A DNA stretch of 60,402 nt, the filler included, from Nemertoderma westbladi (lineage: Eukaryota > Animalia > Xenacoelomorpha), in NCBI GenBank assembly GCA_032718475.1. It is 2 parts of 2 records of this genome, joined end to end, with 100 filler letters (N's around TTAATTAATTAA, not from the genome) between each part and the next. Parts side by side here need not be neighbours in the genome. Positions count along the whole stretch, not along the records: positions 31,732 to 60,402 come from JAUCBJ010001852.1; 1 more part is not named here. One strand, 5' to 3'. The translations under genes and the position numbers were made by a program. The notes under the pieces are model-generated. The model ran no database searches, was not told where the DNA came from, and worked only from the letters and a program-made list of their open reading frames with translations. Shown here one piece after another: positions 34,310 to 46,307 of the stretch; the first letter of the stretch is position 1, and every line of letters begins with the position of its first letter.

Positions 34310-34746
34310 ATAGATAGATAGATAGATTTATTTATACATTATGTAAAAACAATAACAAATACACCAAACAATGTACCGGTATAAAGGTATTGTCCAACAT
34401 AACATATAGGATTACCCCTAAAGCTTTGCAGCTTATTTCCAAGGGGGTCCTTTATGTTACTTGGTTACAAATACAATATTACACTACACTAACCTAAAAC
34501 CAATATAAAACGTAATTACACTATGTACATGTACAACTTTACCGAGAGCGTGACAATGCCCGACTCAACGATAAAGATGTAATGTACAGAACAATTTATT
34601 ATAAAACGTAATTACAGTATAAATAGTAAATAATTAATAAACTAATAACTTACTGTAGGACTATTGTACCTATTTTTACATTGCACACGGAGGTGAGATT
34701 TAACTGCAGATTTAAAAGAATGTTGATTATTTAGGTTTTTAATTTC
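34310..34746 (-). mobile_element. CR1/L2-group LINE 3' end, copy A
   Basis: Reverse complement of ~43057-43490; AATAAA plus (TCTA)n tail; ends ~180 bp upstream of the Cdc42 ATG. Confidence 0.8.
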
Positions 34747-34867
34747 GTAATTTAATATAGTAAAGTTCATTTATTATTTTTGATAATTGCATGTTAGTAA
34801 GTAAGTAAGAGTGGTATATTGTAGTACTTTTTACATGTATGATGTTTTGCAGTCCATAATTTTTTGA

Positions 34868-35134
<267 letters not shown>

Positions 35135-35292
35135 TAAAATGCTTAACTAAGGATATTGAACTAAATAATAATCTAAAAATCTAAAAGGAAGATTAACTAC
35201 AGTAATTCAGTGTTTATTTTGTTTTATTTTTTTATTCTGTTTTTAACAGCGTTAAATCTTTAATACTATTTTCTGATTATTTTATTTCTCAG

Positions 35293-35450
35293 GCCAAGAG
35301 GATTACGACCGTCTTCGACCACTATCCTACCCACAAACAGATGTGTTTCTCGTTTGTTTTTCTGTTGCTGCGCCATCAAGTTTCGAAAATGTGAAAGAGA
35401 AATGGGTCCCAGAAATAGCTCATCATTGCGCCAAAACTCCATTTCTATTG
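35293..35450 (+). CDS. CDC42: Cdc42 coding exon 2
   Basis: Acceptor ttctcag|GC; (G)[52 protein letters not shown]; donor TTG|gtaagt. Confidence 0.95.
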
Positions 35451-35773
35451 GTAAGTTTTTTGTAAGACAATTTTTATGGGTAAGTTTTTTGTAAGACAAT
35501 TTTTGTTGGTAAGTTTTTTGTAGGACCATTTTTATTGGTAAGTTTTTTGTAAGATAATTTTCATTATTGGTAAGTTTTTTGTAAGACTATTTTTATTGGT
35601 AAGTTTTTTGTAAGACTATTTTTATTGGTAAGTTTTTTGTAAGACCATATTTATTGGTAAGTTTTTTGTAAGATAATTTTCATTATTGGTAAGTTTTTTG
35701 TAAGACCATTTTTATTGGTAAGTTTTTTGTTAGTTTTATTGGTCAGTTTTTTGTAAGACCATTTCTATTGGTA
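35439..35773 (+). repeat. 29-32 bp tandem repeat built from the Cdc42 exon 2/intron 2 junction
   Basis: Unit CCATTT(C/T)TATTGGTAAGTTTTTTGTAAGA; GTAAGT at 35451, 35480, 35509, 35538, 35570, 35599, 35628, 35657, 35689 and 35718. Confidence 0.92.
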
Positions 35774-36309
35774 TTATTTTCGTTGTGGGTATTTTGGTCA
35801 ATAAATTAATTCCAATTTTCAGCCAAAGTTCAGTCTAAACGAATTGTAAATAACAAAATGGGAGATTTCCATTCAGAAATCGCCCTCTAGCGGCAGACTG
35901 GATAACTACCGACTGTTCTGGGTATTAAGTTGCAACGAGTTAGGGTAGGGCGGGACCTTTCTAACGAGCTTGAGTGAGCGAGATTTCGTCGAGATGGGTT
36001 GGAGCATAGTCTGTGACAGACATTCGCAAAGACAGACATTTCATATTTATATACAGTAGATCTAACATTGCTTATTCATTAGCAGTTAACCATGGGGGGG
36101 GGTTATTTATTTATTGGCTAAGATTGATAGATTCCAGCCAGCTCCGTAGATAAAGTGAAATAGGGTAAACTCTATATCTAACATACCCTAACTGTGTGGT
36201 TTCATGTGATACTTTCAGTTTCATTGTAAAGTTGTATCATTAGAAGTATAAAGTCTAGGCCAACATTACGTCTCTATAACAAGTAAAGCAATAACACGAT
36301 CAGCTTGGT

Positions 36310-39264
36310 CTAGTGGTGACATTCCTTGGACACCATCCCTAGTGGTGACATTCCTTGGACTCCATCCCTAGTAGTGACATTCCTTGGACTCCATCCCTAG
36401 TGGTGACATTCCTTGGACTCCATCCCTAGTGGTGACATTCCTGGGTCTCCATCCCTAGTGGTGACATTCCTTGGACTCCATCCCTAGTGGTGACATTCCT
36501 TGGACTCCATCCCTAGTGGTGACATTCCTTGGACCCCATCCCTAGTGGTGACATTCCTGGGTCTCCATCCCTAGTGGTGACATTCCTTGGACCCCATCCC
36601 TAGTGGTGACATTCCTGGGTCTCCATCCCTAGTGGTGACATTCCTTGAACTCCATCCCTAGTGGTGACATTCCTTGAACTCCATCCCTAGTGGTGACATT
36701 CCTTGGACTCCATCCCTAGTGGTGACATTCCTTGGACTCCATCCCTAGTGGTGACATTCCTTGGACCCCATCCCTAGTGGTGACATTCCTGGGTCTCCAT
36801 CCCTAGTGGTGACATTCCTTGGACCCCATCCCTAGTGGTGACATTCCTTGGACCCCATCCCTAGTGGTGACATTCCTGGGTCTCCATCCCTAGTGGTGAC
36901 ATTCCTTGGACCCCATCCCTAGTGGTGACATTCCTGGGTCTCCATCCCTAGTGGTGACATTCCTTGGACCCCATCCCTAGTGGTGACATTCCTGGGTCTC
37001 CATCCCTAGTGGTGACATTCCTTGGACCCCATCCCTAGTGGTGACATTCCTGGGTCTCCATCCCTAGTGGTGACATTCCTTGAACTCCATCCCTAGTGGT
37101 GACATTCCTTGAACTCCATCCCTAGTGGTGACATTCCTTGGACTCCATCCCTAGTGGTGACATTCCTTGGACTCCATCCCTAGTGGTGACATTCCTTGGA
37201 CCCCATCCCTAGTGGTGACATTCCTGGGTCTCCATCCCTAGTGGTGACATTCCTTGGACTCCATCCCTAGTGGTGACATTCCTTGGACTCCATCCCTAGT
37301 GGTGACATTCCTTGGACTCCATCCCTAGTGGTGACATTCCTTGGACTCCATCCCTAGTGGTGACATTCCTTGGACTCCATCCCTAGTGGTGACATTCCTT
37401 GGACTCCATCCCTAGTGGTGACATTCCTTGGACTCCATCCCTAGTGGTGACATTCCTTGGACTCCATCCCTAGTGGTGACATTCCTTGGACTCCATCCCT
37501 AGTGGTGACATTCCTGCGACTCCATCCCTAGTGGTGACATTCCTTGGACTCCATCCCTAGTGGTGACATTCCTTGAACTCCATCCCTAGTGGTGACATTC
37601 CTTGGACTCCATCCCTAGTGGTGACATTCCTTGGACTCCATCCCTAGTGGTGACATTCCTTGGATTCCATCCCTAGTGGTGACATTCCTGGGTCTCCATC
37701 CCTAGTGGTGACATTCCTTGAACTCCATCCCTAGTGGTGATATTCCTTGGACTCCATCCCTAGTGGTGACATTCCTTGGACTCCATCCCTAGTGGTGATA
37801 TTCCTGGGACTCCATCCCTGTGGTGACATTCCTTGAACTCCATCCCTAGTGGTGACATTCCTTGGACTCCATCCCTAGTGGTGACATTCCTTGGACTCCA
37901 TCCCTAGTGGTGACATTCCTTGGATTCCATCCCTAGTGGTGACATTCCTGGGTCTCCATCCCTAGTGGTGACATTCCTTGAACTCCATCCCTAGTGGTGA
38001 TATTCCTTGGACTCCATCCCTAGTGGTGACATTCCTTGGACTCCATCCCTAGTGGTGATATTCCTGGGACTCCATCCCTGTGGTGACATTCCTTGAACTC
38101 CATCCCTAGTGGTGACATTCCTTGAACTCCATCCCTAGTGGTGACATTCCTTGGACCCCATCCCTAGTGGTGACATTCCTTGAACTCCATCCCTAGTGGT
38201 GACATTCCTTGGACTCCATCCCTAGTGGTGACATTCCTTGAACTCCATCCCTAGTGGTGACATTCCTTGAACTCCATCCCTAGTGGTGACATTCCTTGGA
38301 CCCCATCCCTAGTGGTGACATTCCTTGAACTCCATCCCTAGTGGTGACATTCCTTGAACTCCATCCCTAGTGGTGACATTCCTTGAACTCCATCCCTAGT
38401 GGTGACATTCCTTGGACCCCATCCCTAGTGGTGACATTCCTTGAACTCCATCCCTAGTGGTGACATTCCTTGAACTCCATCCCTAGTGGTGACATTCCTT
38501 GGACTCCATCCCTAGTGGTGACATTCCTTGGACTCCATCTCTATTGGTGACATTCCTTGAACTCCATCCCTAGTGGTGACATTCCTTGAACTCCATCCCT
38601 AGTGGTGACATTCCTTGGACTCCATCCCTAGTGGTGACATCCCTGGGACTCCATCCCTAGTGGTGATATTCCTGGGACTCCATCCCTGTGGTGACATTCC
38701 TTGAACTCCATCCCTAGTGGTGACATTCCTTGGACTCCATCCCTAGTGGTGACATCCCTGGGTCTCCATCCCTAGTGGTGACATTCCTTGGACTCCATCC
38801 CTAGTGGTGACATTCCTTGGACCCCATCCCTAGTGGTGACATCCCTGGGTCTCCATCCCTAGTGGTGACATTCCTTGAACTCCATCCCTAGTGGTGACAT
38901 TCCTTGAACTCCATCCCTAGTGGTGACATTCCTTGGACTCCATCCCTAGTGGTGACATCCCTGGGACTCCATCCCTAGTGGTGATATTCCTGGGACTCCA
39001 TCCCTGTGGTGACATTCCTTGGACTCCATCCCTAGTGGTGACATTCCTTGGACTCCATCTCTATTGGTGACATTCCTTGAACTCCATCCCTAGTGGTGAC
39101 ATTCCTTGGACCCCATCCCTAGTGGTGACATCCCTGGGACTCCATCCCTAGTGGTGATATTCCTTGGACTCCATCCCTAGTGGTGACATTCCTTGGACTC
39201 CATCCCTAGTGGTGACATTCCTTGAACTCCATCCCTAGTGGTGACATTCCTTGGACTCCATCCC
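36310..39264. repeat. 29-bp satellite (~100 copies) in Cdc42 intron 2
   Basis: Unit CTAGTGGTGACATTCCTTGGACTCCATCC with GAACT/GGTCT/GACCC variants. Confidence 0.97.
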
Positions 39265-39677
39265 TTGTAATGTGCTCTTTTCCGTTAATTACGAAATATC
39301 GTTTCGTTTATTGTTTTGGTTACGAAATACTGACACTGAAATCTGCTTCTTTCTCGTAATTTCGAAATCTTGTATTGTTTATTATTTTGGTTAGAAAACA
39401 CAGTCTTGGTTTATTGTTTACGTTAGAAAACACACTGATACTGCAATCTGCTGTTTTCCCATACTGGCGAAGTGTAGATTAGTTTATTGTTCTGATCTAA
39501 GTAAATCTATTTTTAAAAATTGGTGCCCCCTAGTAATATAAAACCGTCTGTTATTCATATAAATAATAATTTTAATGGGAAATAAGAATTGACTGAATAC
39601 CAATATTCTCTCTAATATACAACTAACGTGTTTCGCGTTATATTCATATCATAATAATTAGATTTGCTTTCTTTAAG

Positions 39678-39926
39678 GTGGGAACCCAAGTCGATTTGCG
39701 AGATAACTCAGATGTAATAAACAAGTTGAGAAAGTCTAACCAGCGGCCAATATCGGAGGAACAAGGGAACAAGTTATGTAAGGAACTCCACGGGGTCAAG
39801 TATGTTGAATGTTCGGCTCTCACACAGAAAGGACTCAAAAATGTATTCGACGAGGCCATCCTTGCTGCGTTAGAACCCCCTAAAGTCAGCAAGAAAAAGT
39901 GGTGGCGAAAATGTGTTTTATTGTAA
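39678..39926 (+). CDS. CDC42: Cdc42 coding exon 3 (CaaX end)
   Basis: Acceptor ctttaag|GTG; VGTQVDLRD...[42 protein letters not shown]; spliced length 194-195 aa. Confidence 0.95.
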   Translation: MGTQVDLRDNSDVINKLRKSNQRPISEEQGNKLCKELHGVKYVECSALTQKGLKNVFDEAILAALEPPKVSKKKWWRKCVLL

Positions 39927-41037
39927 CTTAAAGTTCCACGAATTATTTTAGTTGGATTGTTTGTAAATAAGTATTATATTAACATAACATGTATGCTGCA
40001 CAGTAAATACAATGTCAGTGAGCTATTTGTTTGCATTACCTTGGTTAATTTAAACCTCTACTGTTTATGTTTTCTAATATTTTCAGTTGTTCTTAAGTAT
40101 TTAAATTTTAATGTATGTGCAAATTCATCAGGTTTATTTGTTTTAAATTTGTTTTAAATGTTGTTGAAATATCGCTAATTAAAAAATCAACCACCTTAAT
40201 GACTATCTTAATGACGCATTACCGTTTCATTTATATACATAGGTTTGCCCATTACTATATTGCCTAAAATAATGGCCCATGTGAAGTACACCAGACTTTC
40301 TGCTGTTATATTTTTTCACTTTGCAGTTTACCCCCATGTGAAGAATATCAGGTTTTCACTAAAACCACAGGTTTCAGAAGGACTGAATCTAACCAAAACA
40401 ATAAACGAATAAGTATATAAGGAAGAAATAAGTGCTTTAAAACACTTAATAAGGTAAATTTGAAAAATACAAACTCTTCAAATATAAAAATCCCAATAGA
40501 ATTTCGACCGAAAAGTGAAAACCTGGTATTTTTCACTTGGGCGAAAATATTTGCCTGATAATTGCTGAAATATATATTAATACAGTAATTAATTATTGTA
40601 TTATGTATTAATACAGTAATTAAATTTGAAACATAAATAGTTTGACTCCTTCTATGTGTGAATGAATCAGAATCTACATGCGGCATTCTACTACACTGAC
40701 TGTACTTGTACTGGTAAAACCAGGACTATCTATGATGTTTATTTTTCAAACTCGTTAAAAACGCACAGATGAAGCGTGAGGTAAAATTAGAAGGTGATAA
40801 TTGGAGGAATCAGGACCGAGTTCGCTGTACTAATGCCAATGATATGCCGTACCAGCTACGTAATACAGGCCGCTAGCGGACGCCAAGTACAGTATTCAGT
40901 ATATTCGACACTACGTTAAACAACCAACAACATTTTATTCTTTAATTGTTACTTTATCGCGTACTTTTTCTTTAGGGAAAAAAAGTAATACATACTGTAC
41001 GTGTACATAGAGTACTTAGCGTAACCTTTTCCCGGTA

Positions 41038-42835
41038 GGTGTGTTTTTTGTAAAACCACAAGGAAACGGTCTAAATGGCGGGTTTAAGTAAGCGCGGGAA
41101 GACAATTTTGAAAATCGGCTATGATTGGCTGCTACATATTTCATTACTTTCATCTCATTCATTATATTGCTACATATTATTTTATCGAATTTTTGACGTG
41201 ATTAATTAAGCAGTGCTCTGATAATTTTTTATCTTGGTTTCTATGTAGCGCCTAAAGAGATTTTTGGTCGATTCGAATACATATTAAATCTCAATCATTT
41301 CCACACATGACTTATATCATTTGAAAGCGGAGAGTCTTACGCGTCTTTTGACACTACAATTAATTAAATTTATGATAATGAACATTGTTAAAATGTTGTT
41401 CACAATTGAAAACCCGACAGGTGGCCTGACTGGTATGCAAGCACTCTATATAGTAGTCTACTATAGGACTATTAACAACTATGCTGTAAAATGGATCAAC
41501 AATGGTCAAACATAACAACTACTGTAATTACAGTAGAATAACAAAAACTTGATTTACATTTCGTACAGTACTGCAGAAGGCCTAATTTAAGGGAAAGGAG
41601 CAGGCAGGTTTCAGTGGCGGTGTTTTCTAACCAATTCAATAAACGAAACTAAATTTCTTCATTATTGGAAAGGAGCAGGTTACAGAGGGCTTTTTTACCA
41701 AAACAATAAACAACAACTCAAGAACATACAGTACGGCTGACCATAAACCTGGATATATGTAAAATTACTGTTTTCACTATCAAACCTAATCTAATTAAAA
41801 TACTAAAACACACTGTAGCACAGACACAACACGTGTAACACACTGTACCGAAATACAGTACAAAGGAACTAGAAGTATAACTTACCTTTTTATCGGAAAT
41901 AAAAAATCATTTTTGCCTTTATGGGTAAATTTTTTGGGTAATATTGTGTTTTTTTGTATTTTTGCTGGGTAAATTTTTTCGGTAATATTGTGTTTTTTTG
42001 TGTTTTTGCAGGGTAAATTTTTTGGGTAATATTGTGTTTTTTTGTATTTTTGCAGGGTAAATTTTTTGGGTAATATTGTGTTTTTTGTGTTTTTGCTGGG
42101 TAAATTTTGTGTTTTTTTTTATTTTCTGTGTATTTTTGAGTAATTTTGTGTTTTTTGGTATTTTGTAGGACCGTTATAGGTCCTACTATATCGCTTAGGC
42201 TTCTGAGATACATACAAACCCTGAAACCGCGATAGTGATACGCTGGTAAATTATCCTGAGGGGAGACTAAAATGATACTACAGTAAGATTATGTCCGGGG
42301 GACGAAATATGGTATGGGAATGATATCTGGGAGACTTTTTATGCCGGTGGGCGTGGAGACAGATTAAACAGGGGGGAAATATTCCTGCTACACCTTTTTA
42401 ATATTCAAGTAGCTATACCAATTACAGTATTGTGATACCGGTCAGTCAGTTTAATGTTATTTTAAATCTAATCTGTAGGCCTTACCGTACCTACTGTACT
42501 CAATGGTAATTCTTGGAATGCAGTATTGCTGCTGGAGTACTTCTTTTTCTATTATCAATGTTCCGTAACATGAATTTAATTAATTATACAGTAGGCCTAG
42601 TGTCAAAAGACGCGCAAGACTCTCCGCTTTCAAATTATATAAGCCACGTGTGAAATAAATTTAATGTGTACAGTATTAGAATCGATCGAAAACCAAGATA
42701 AGAAATGATTAGATCACTTTCTAGTGACATCAGATCTGTAGCATCAAATCACAGCCGTTTTTTAAAATTGGCTTCCCGCGCTTACTTAAACCCGCAATTT
42801 CGACCGTTTCCACATGTTTTTACAAAAAACACACC
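41038..42835. mobile_element. Long inverted-repeat element (arms ~41038-41356 and ~42598-42835), probable non-autonomous DNA transposon
   Basis: GGTGTGTTTTTTGTAAAA...GCGGGTTTAAGTAAGCGCGGGAAG vs CTTCCCGCGCTTACTTAAACCCGC...TTTTACAAAAAACACACC; TTTGAAAGCGGAGAGTCTTACGCGTCTTTTGACACTA vs TAGTGTCAAAAGACGCGCAAGACTCTCCGCTTTCAAA. Confidence 0.65.
41922..42168. repeat. ~44-bp T-rich tandem repeat (~5 copies)
   Basis: GGGTAAATTTTTTGGGTAATATTGTGTTTTTTTGTATTTTTGC(A/T). Confidence 0.8.
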
Positions 42836-42929
42836 CCGCCACTCAATTCAGGGCACTTAATTGATTCAGGGCTTAAATTGTAGCTAAGGGGAGTCAGACT
42901 TTGCGTGTAATACACTCTGTATATATCTG

Positions 42930-43490
42930 AGTACGTGATACACACTCTTACAGTACCAGAGCTAGTGCTCCAAACTTCTACCTCCCGAATTGTAAATCCT
43001 TCGAATCTGATACTTTCTTTTTTAACGGCATTAAAAATTGGAACGCTCTGCCTAATGAAATTAAAAACCTCAATAATCAACATTCTTTTAAATCTGCAGT
43101 TAAATCTCACCTCCGTGTGCAATGTAAAAATAGGTACAATAGTCCTACAGTAAGTTATTAGTTTATTAATTATTTACTATTTATACTGTAATTACGTTTT
43201 ATAATAAATTGTTCTGTACATTACATCTTTATCGTTGAGTCGGGCATTGTCACGCTCTCGGTAAAGTTGTACATGTACATAGTGTAATTACGTTTTATAT
43301 TGGTTTTAGGTTAGCGTAGTGTAATATTATATTTGTAACCAAGTAACATAAAGGACCCCCTTGGAAATAAGCTGCAAAGCTTTAGGGGTAATCCTATATG
43401 TTATGTTGGACAATACCTTTATACCGGTACATTGTTTGGTGTATTTGTTATTGTTTTTTACATAATGTATAAATAAATCTATCTATCTAT
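42930..43490 (+). mobile_element. CR1/L2-group LINE 3' end, copy B
   Basis: Reads HSYSTRASAPNFYLP...FFFNGIKNWNALPNEIKNLNNQHSFKSAVKSHL, a typical CR1/L2 ORF2 C-terminus, stop at 43159-43161; 3' UTR motif GGACCCCCTTGGAAATAAG...GGGGTAATCC; AATAAA plus (TCTA)n tail. Confidence 0.82.
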
Positions 43491-44960
43491 AATATGTACC
43501 TAGCCTAATGACTGTCTCACAAAACATAAATAATCCTAAATAGTCACACAAATACATAATTTTCTACCAACAGACATGCGGTGTGGTGTTATATAATAGT
43601 CCTTTTTTTTTCGAAAACAAAACTAACCAGACATTCCATCAATATTATACTCTGCCCTCCTAAGGCAAATCCATGTAACTCAAAAAATCGAGTTTTGAGA
43701 GAAAAATCAATCTAAGGTTAACGATTCTTCACGAAAACATGTGAATATCTGTGTGAATATTTTCAACACTAGAGGTTAGTCGAATAGTATATTTTAGATA
43801 ATTAAAAGACTTTAGAGCTCCAAACTTAAGGTATGTAGCTATTTAAAAAATATATTATGATTTTGATTTTCGAGTTACATTGATTTACCTTACAAATTCT
43901 ATCCAGTGCCCTTTATTTACTTATATTACATCATGTAAATTATATAAATTTAAACAGCTGTTCCTAAGCCAAAACAATGTAACTCGCATGAGATACATGG
44001 TTTACGCTTATAGTTACATGGAGTGTCATTATCACATGAGAGTTACATACAGTACATTCTACACCTTTTTTAATCCATTTAGAGTTTAGGTACACTCTAT
44101 TAAGTTCTACCACCAGATAGAGCTCGACGTAAGCTTTAAAATGATACCAATACTGTATCTCATTTTCGTCAAAATTCGAGTTACATGGGTTTGCCTTAGG
44201 GTTAGGACGGCAGTACTGTCATTAATGTTGATGCAAGCGATACGTTTATAAGAACATATACATGTGATTTTAGTAGATTTTGGGTTCATCTCTTATGTAC
44301 TCATTATTAATTAGATGTTCACGGATACAGATTTTGAAACCATAAAGGTATTATTCCAGAGAAGTCGAAGGCATTATCCCATATGGAAGTTGTTTATTTA
44401 ATTGTGATACAAATCAACCAGATATATTTTTCGATCAAGCATGATGAACATGTAAGTGAATTTCAAGGAAAGCTCGATGGATTTTTTGTTGGTTTGCTTA
44501 AATCCAAACAATAAGCAATGAGGTGTTATATACAACTATGGTAACATGCATTGTCAAGTCTCAAGACCCATCATCAATTTCAATTTGAATCCGGGATGGC
44601 CCGGGCCTTTATTTGGGACACATAGCAGATATTGATAGAATATAATTGCACCCCAACACCAATAACTACAGTACATGACACTGTAGTACAGTACGAGAAA
44701 AAAAATATTTATGTTTACTGGGATTAATGGCACCCGGTGGCTATTAGCTGTAGTAAAGCTAGTGTAGCTTGCCACCGTGCGCAAAAGTCATCTATGTATT
44801 TGTGGAACTTTGGGTGGATTGAGAGAGGGGGGGGGGGGGGGGGTGACTCGATAGCACAACCCATTCCGAAACATCTGTTTATAAGAAAGAAAATGCTTCC
44901 TTCAGCGAGGATTTACCTTAGCTGGGACCTGTCTCGAGAATAAAAATGTTGAAAATCACC

Positions 44961-45020
44961 CTGCAGATACGCCACCTGAAGCTTGCTGGACACTGTTTCC
45001 ACTAGCAGGATCAACCACTA
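44961..45020 (+). pseudogene. Old degraded RTE-like fragment
   Basis: LQIRHLKLAGHCFH*QDQPL resembles RLRFAGHCFRREDQPV of the younger RTE copies. Confidence 0.5.
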
Positions 45021-45261
45021 TACAACTAATGTTACATAATTAGTTACATAACCATTTCGTCCCATTACTGGGATTCCCATATAACATAACATAACATTAC
45101 ATACATAATGTAATATAATAAAAGTGCACAGGTACAAAACAGTATAAGAAACGAGTTACTTTGGTAAATTTGCAATGCACAGACTTAATAAATGGAGTAT
45201 GTATTGTGGCATATATACAAGTTTTACAAACATCCATGCTAATTGAAATTATGTCGCTTAA

Positions 45262-46174
45262 GGGGGGGGGGGGGGGGGGGGGGGGGTATACCCCCACTCA
45301 GGTAAAATTTTCAAATTGTTGTTTCTTTATATCGTCTAGAGCAAAATTTAATGATGATTACAAATCTGAAAACCGCTTAGTGAGACCTCTTTCAGTTCTC
45401 GAGTTATCACTGTTTTTCCCTATGACGGTCTGTCCATCAAATTGTAAGAAAGACAGAAGACCGACAGACAGACAGATAGACTTGATTCCACCAAAAATTA
45501 AAACTGACATCGGAAATGAAATCAGCGACCCCGAAAACCCCAGAAATGAACATTTTAGCTCGTTGGTGTGCAACCTTCGTGCCGGAAATAATTAACCAAC
45601 CAGAATACAGACAGCCAATTGTGGCGGGACGGTTTAAACTTTGAAGGGCATTTTCTCGAAATGACATTTTTCATTTTCAAATTACTACTCCTCCGTCATT
45701 TGTCAACCAATTGTCTTCGTTTATGGCTCATTCGAACGGGCTTTGGAAGCTCTATAAAAGTTATCTTATGGAATTTTGATAAATATTACCATTTTTTCTA
45801 ATTAGCCAATTTTAATTAAAAATATGATAATTAATTAATTAAATTAATTAATTAAATAAAAATGGCTAATTAAAAATTATATAAGATATATATATAGAGT
45901 CGTATAGAGAGCTATATAGAGTCGATCACAAAAGATCAAAAAAGTTGGTTTCAGGAAATTTGGACAAAAATTGAGGGACTAGTAGAAATTTTAGTGAAAT
46001 CTTTAATTCCGCCGCCAGCCGCTAGGGGAGGCTACAAATTTTCAAATTTTACTATAAAGGCTATGTGGCCTTCCATACAGTGGTTGACCATACCAAAATA
46101 CCAAAATTATCATTTAGCACTAATTGACAGCCATTTTAAAAAAAGCTTCATGGAGGGGTATACCCCCCCCCCCC
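45262..46174. mobile_element. MITE with TTAA TSD and G-run termini (Kolobok-like)
   Basis: TTAA|G(n)TATACCCC... and ...GGGGTATAC(n)|TTAA; TSD at 45258-45261 and 46175-46178; RR termini fit Kolobok better than piggyBac (CCY). Confidence 0.7.
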
Positions 46175-46307
46175 TTAAATTATAGCCATTCCACAATCTT
46201 GAGCAGGTAGAATCAAAGCCTCCACACTCCACATACTGTGTTTCAAACAAAGGTAAATGATAATTCGATGGAGGCACCTACCTATACACAAAATACCTTA
46301 ATAAAAC

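Noticed and set aside
35790-36061. Helitron/Helentron-like non-autonomous element ending GACAGACA...TTTATATACAGTAGAT
   Set aside because: Only a generic resemblance; no second copy or defined ends in the window.
44310-44520. Possible exon with splice-like boundaries
   Set aside because: No frame gave a recognisable peptide and no partner exons were found.
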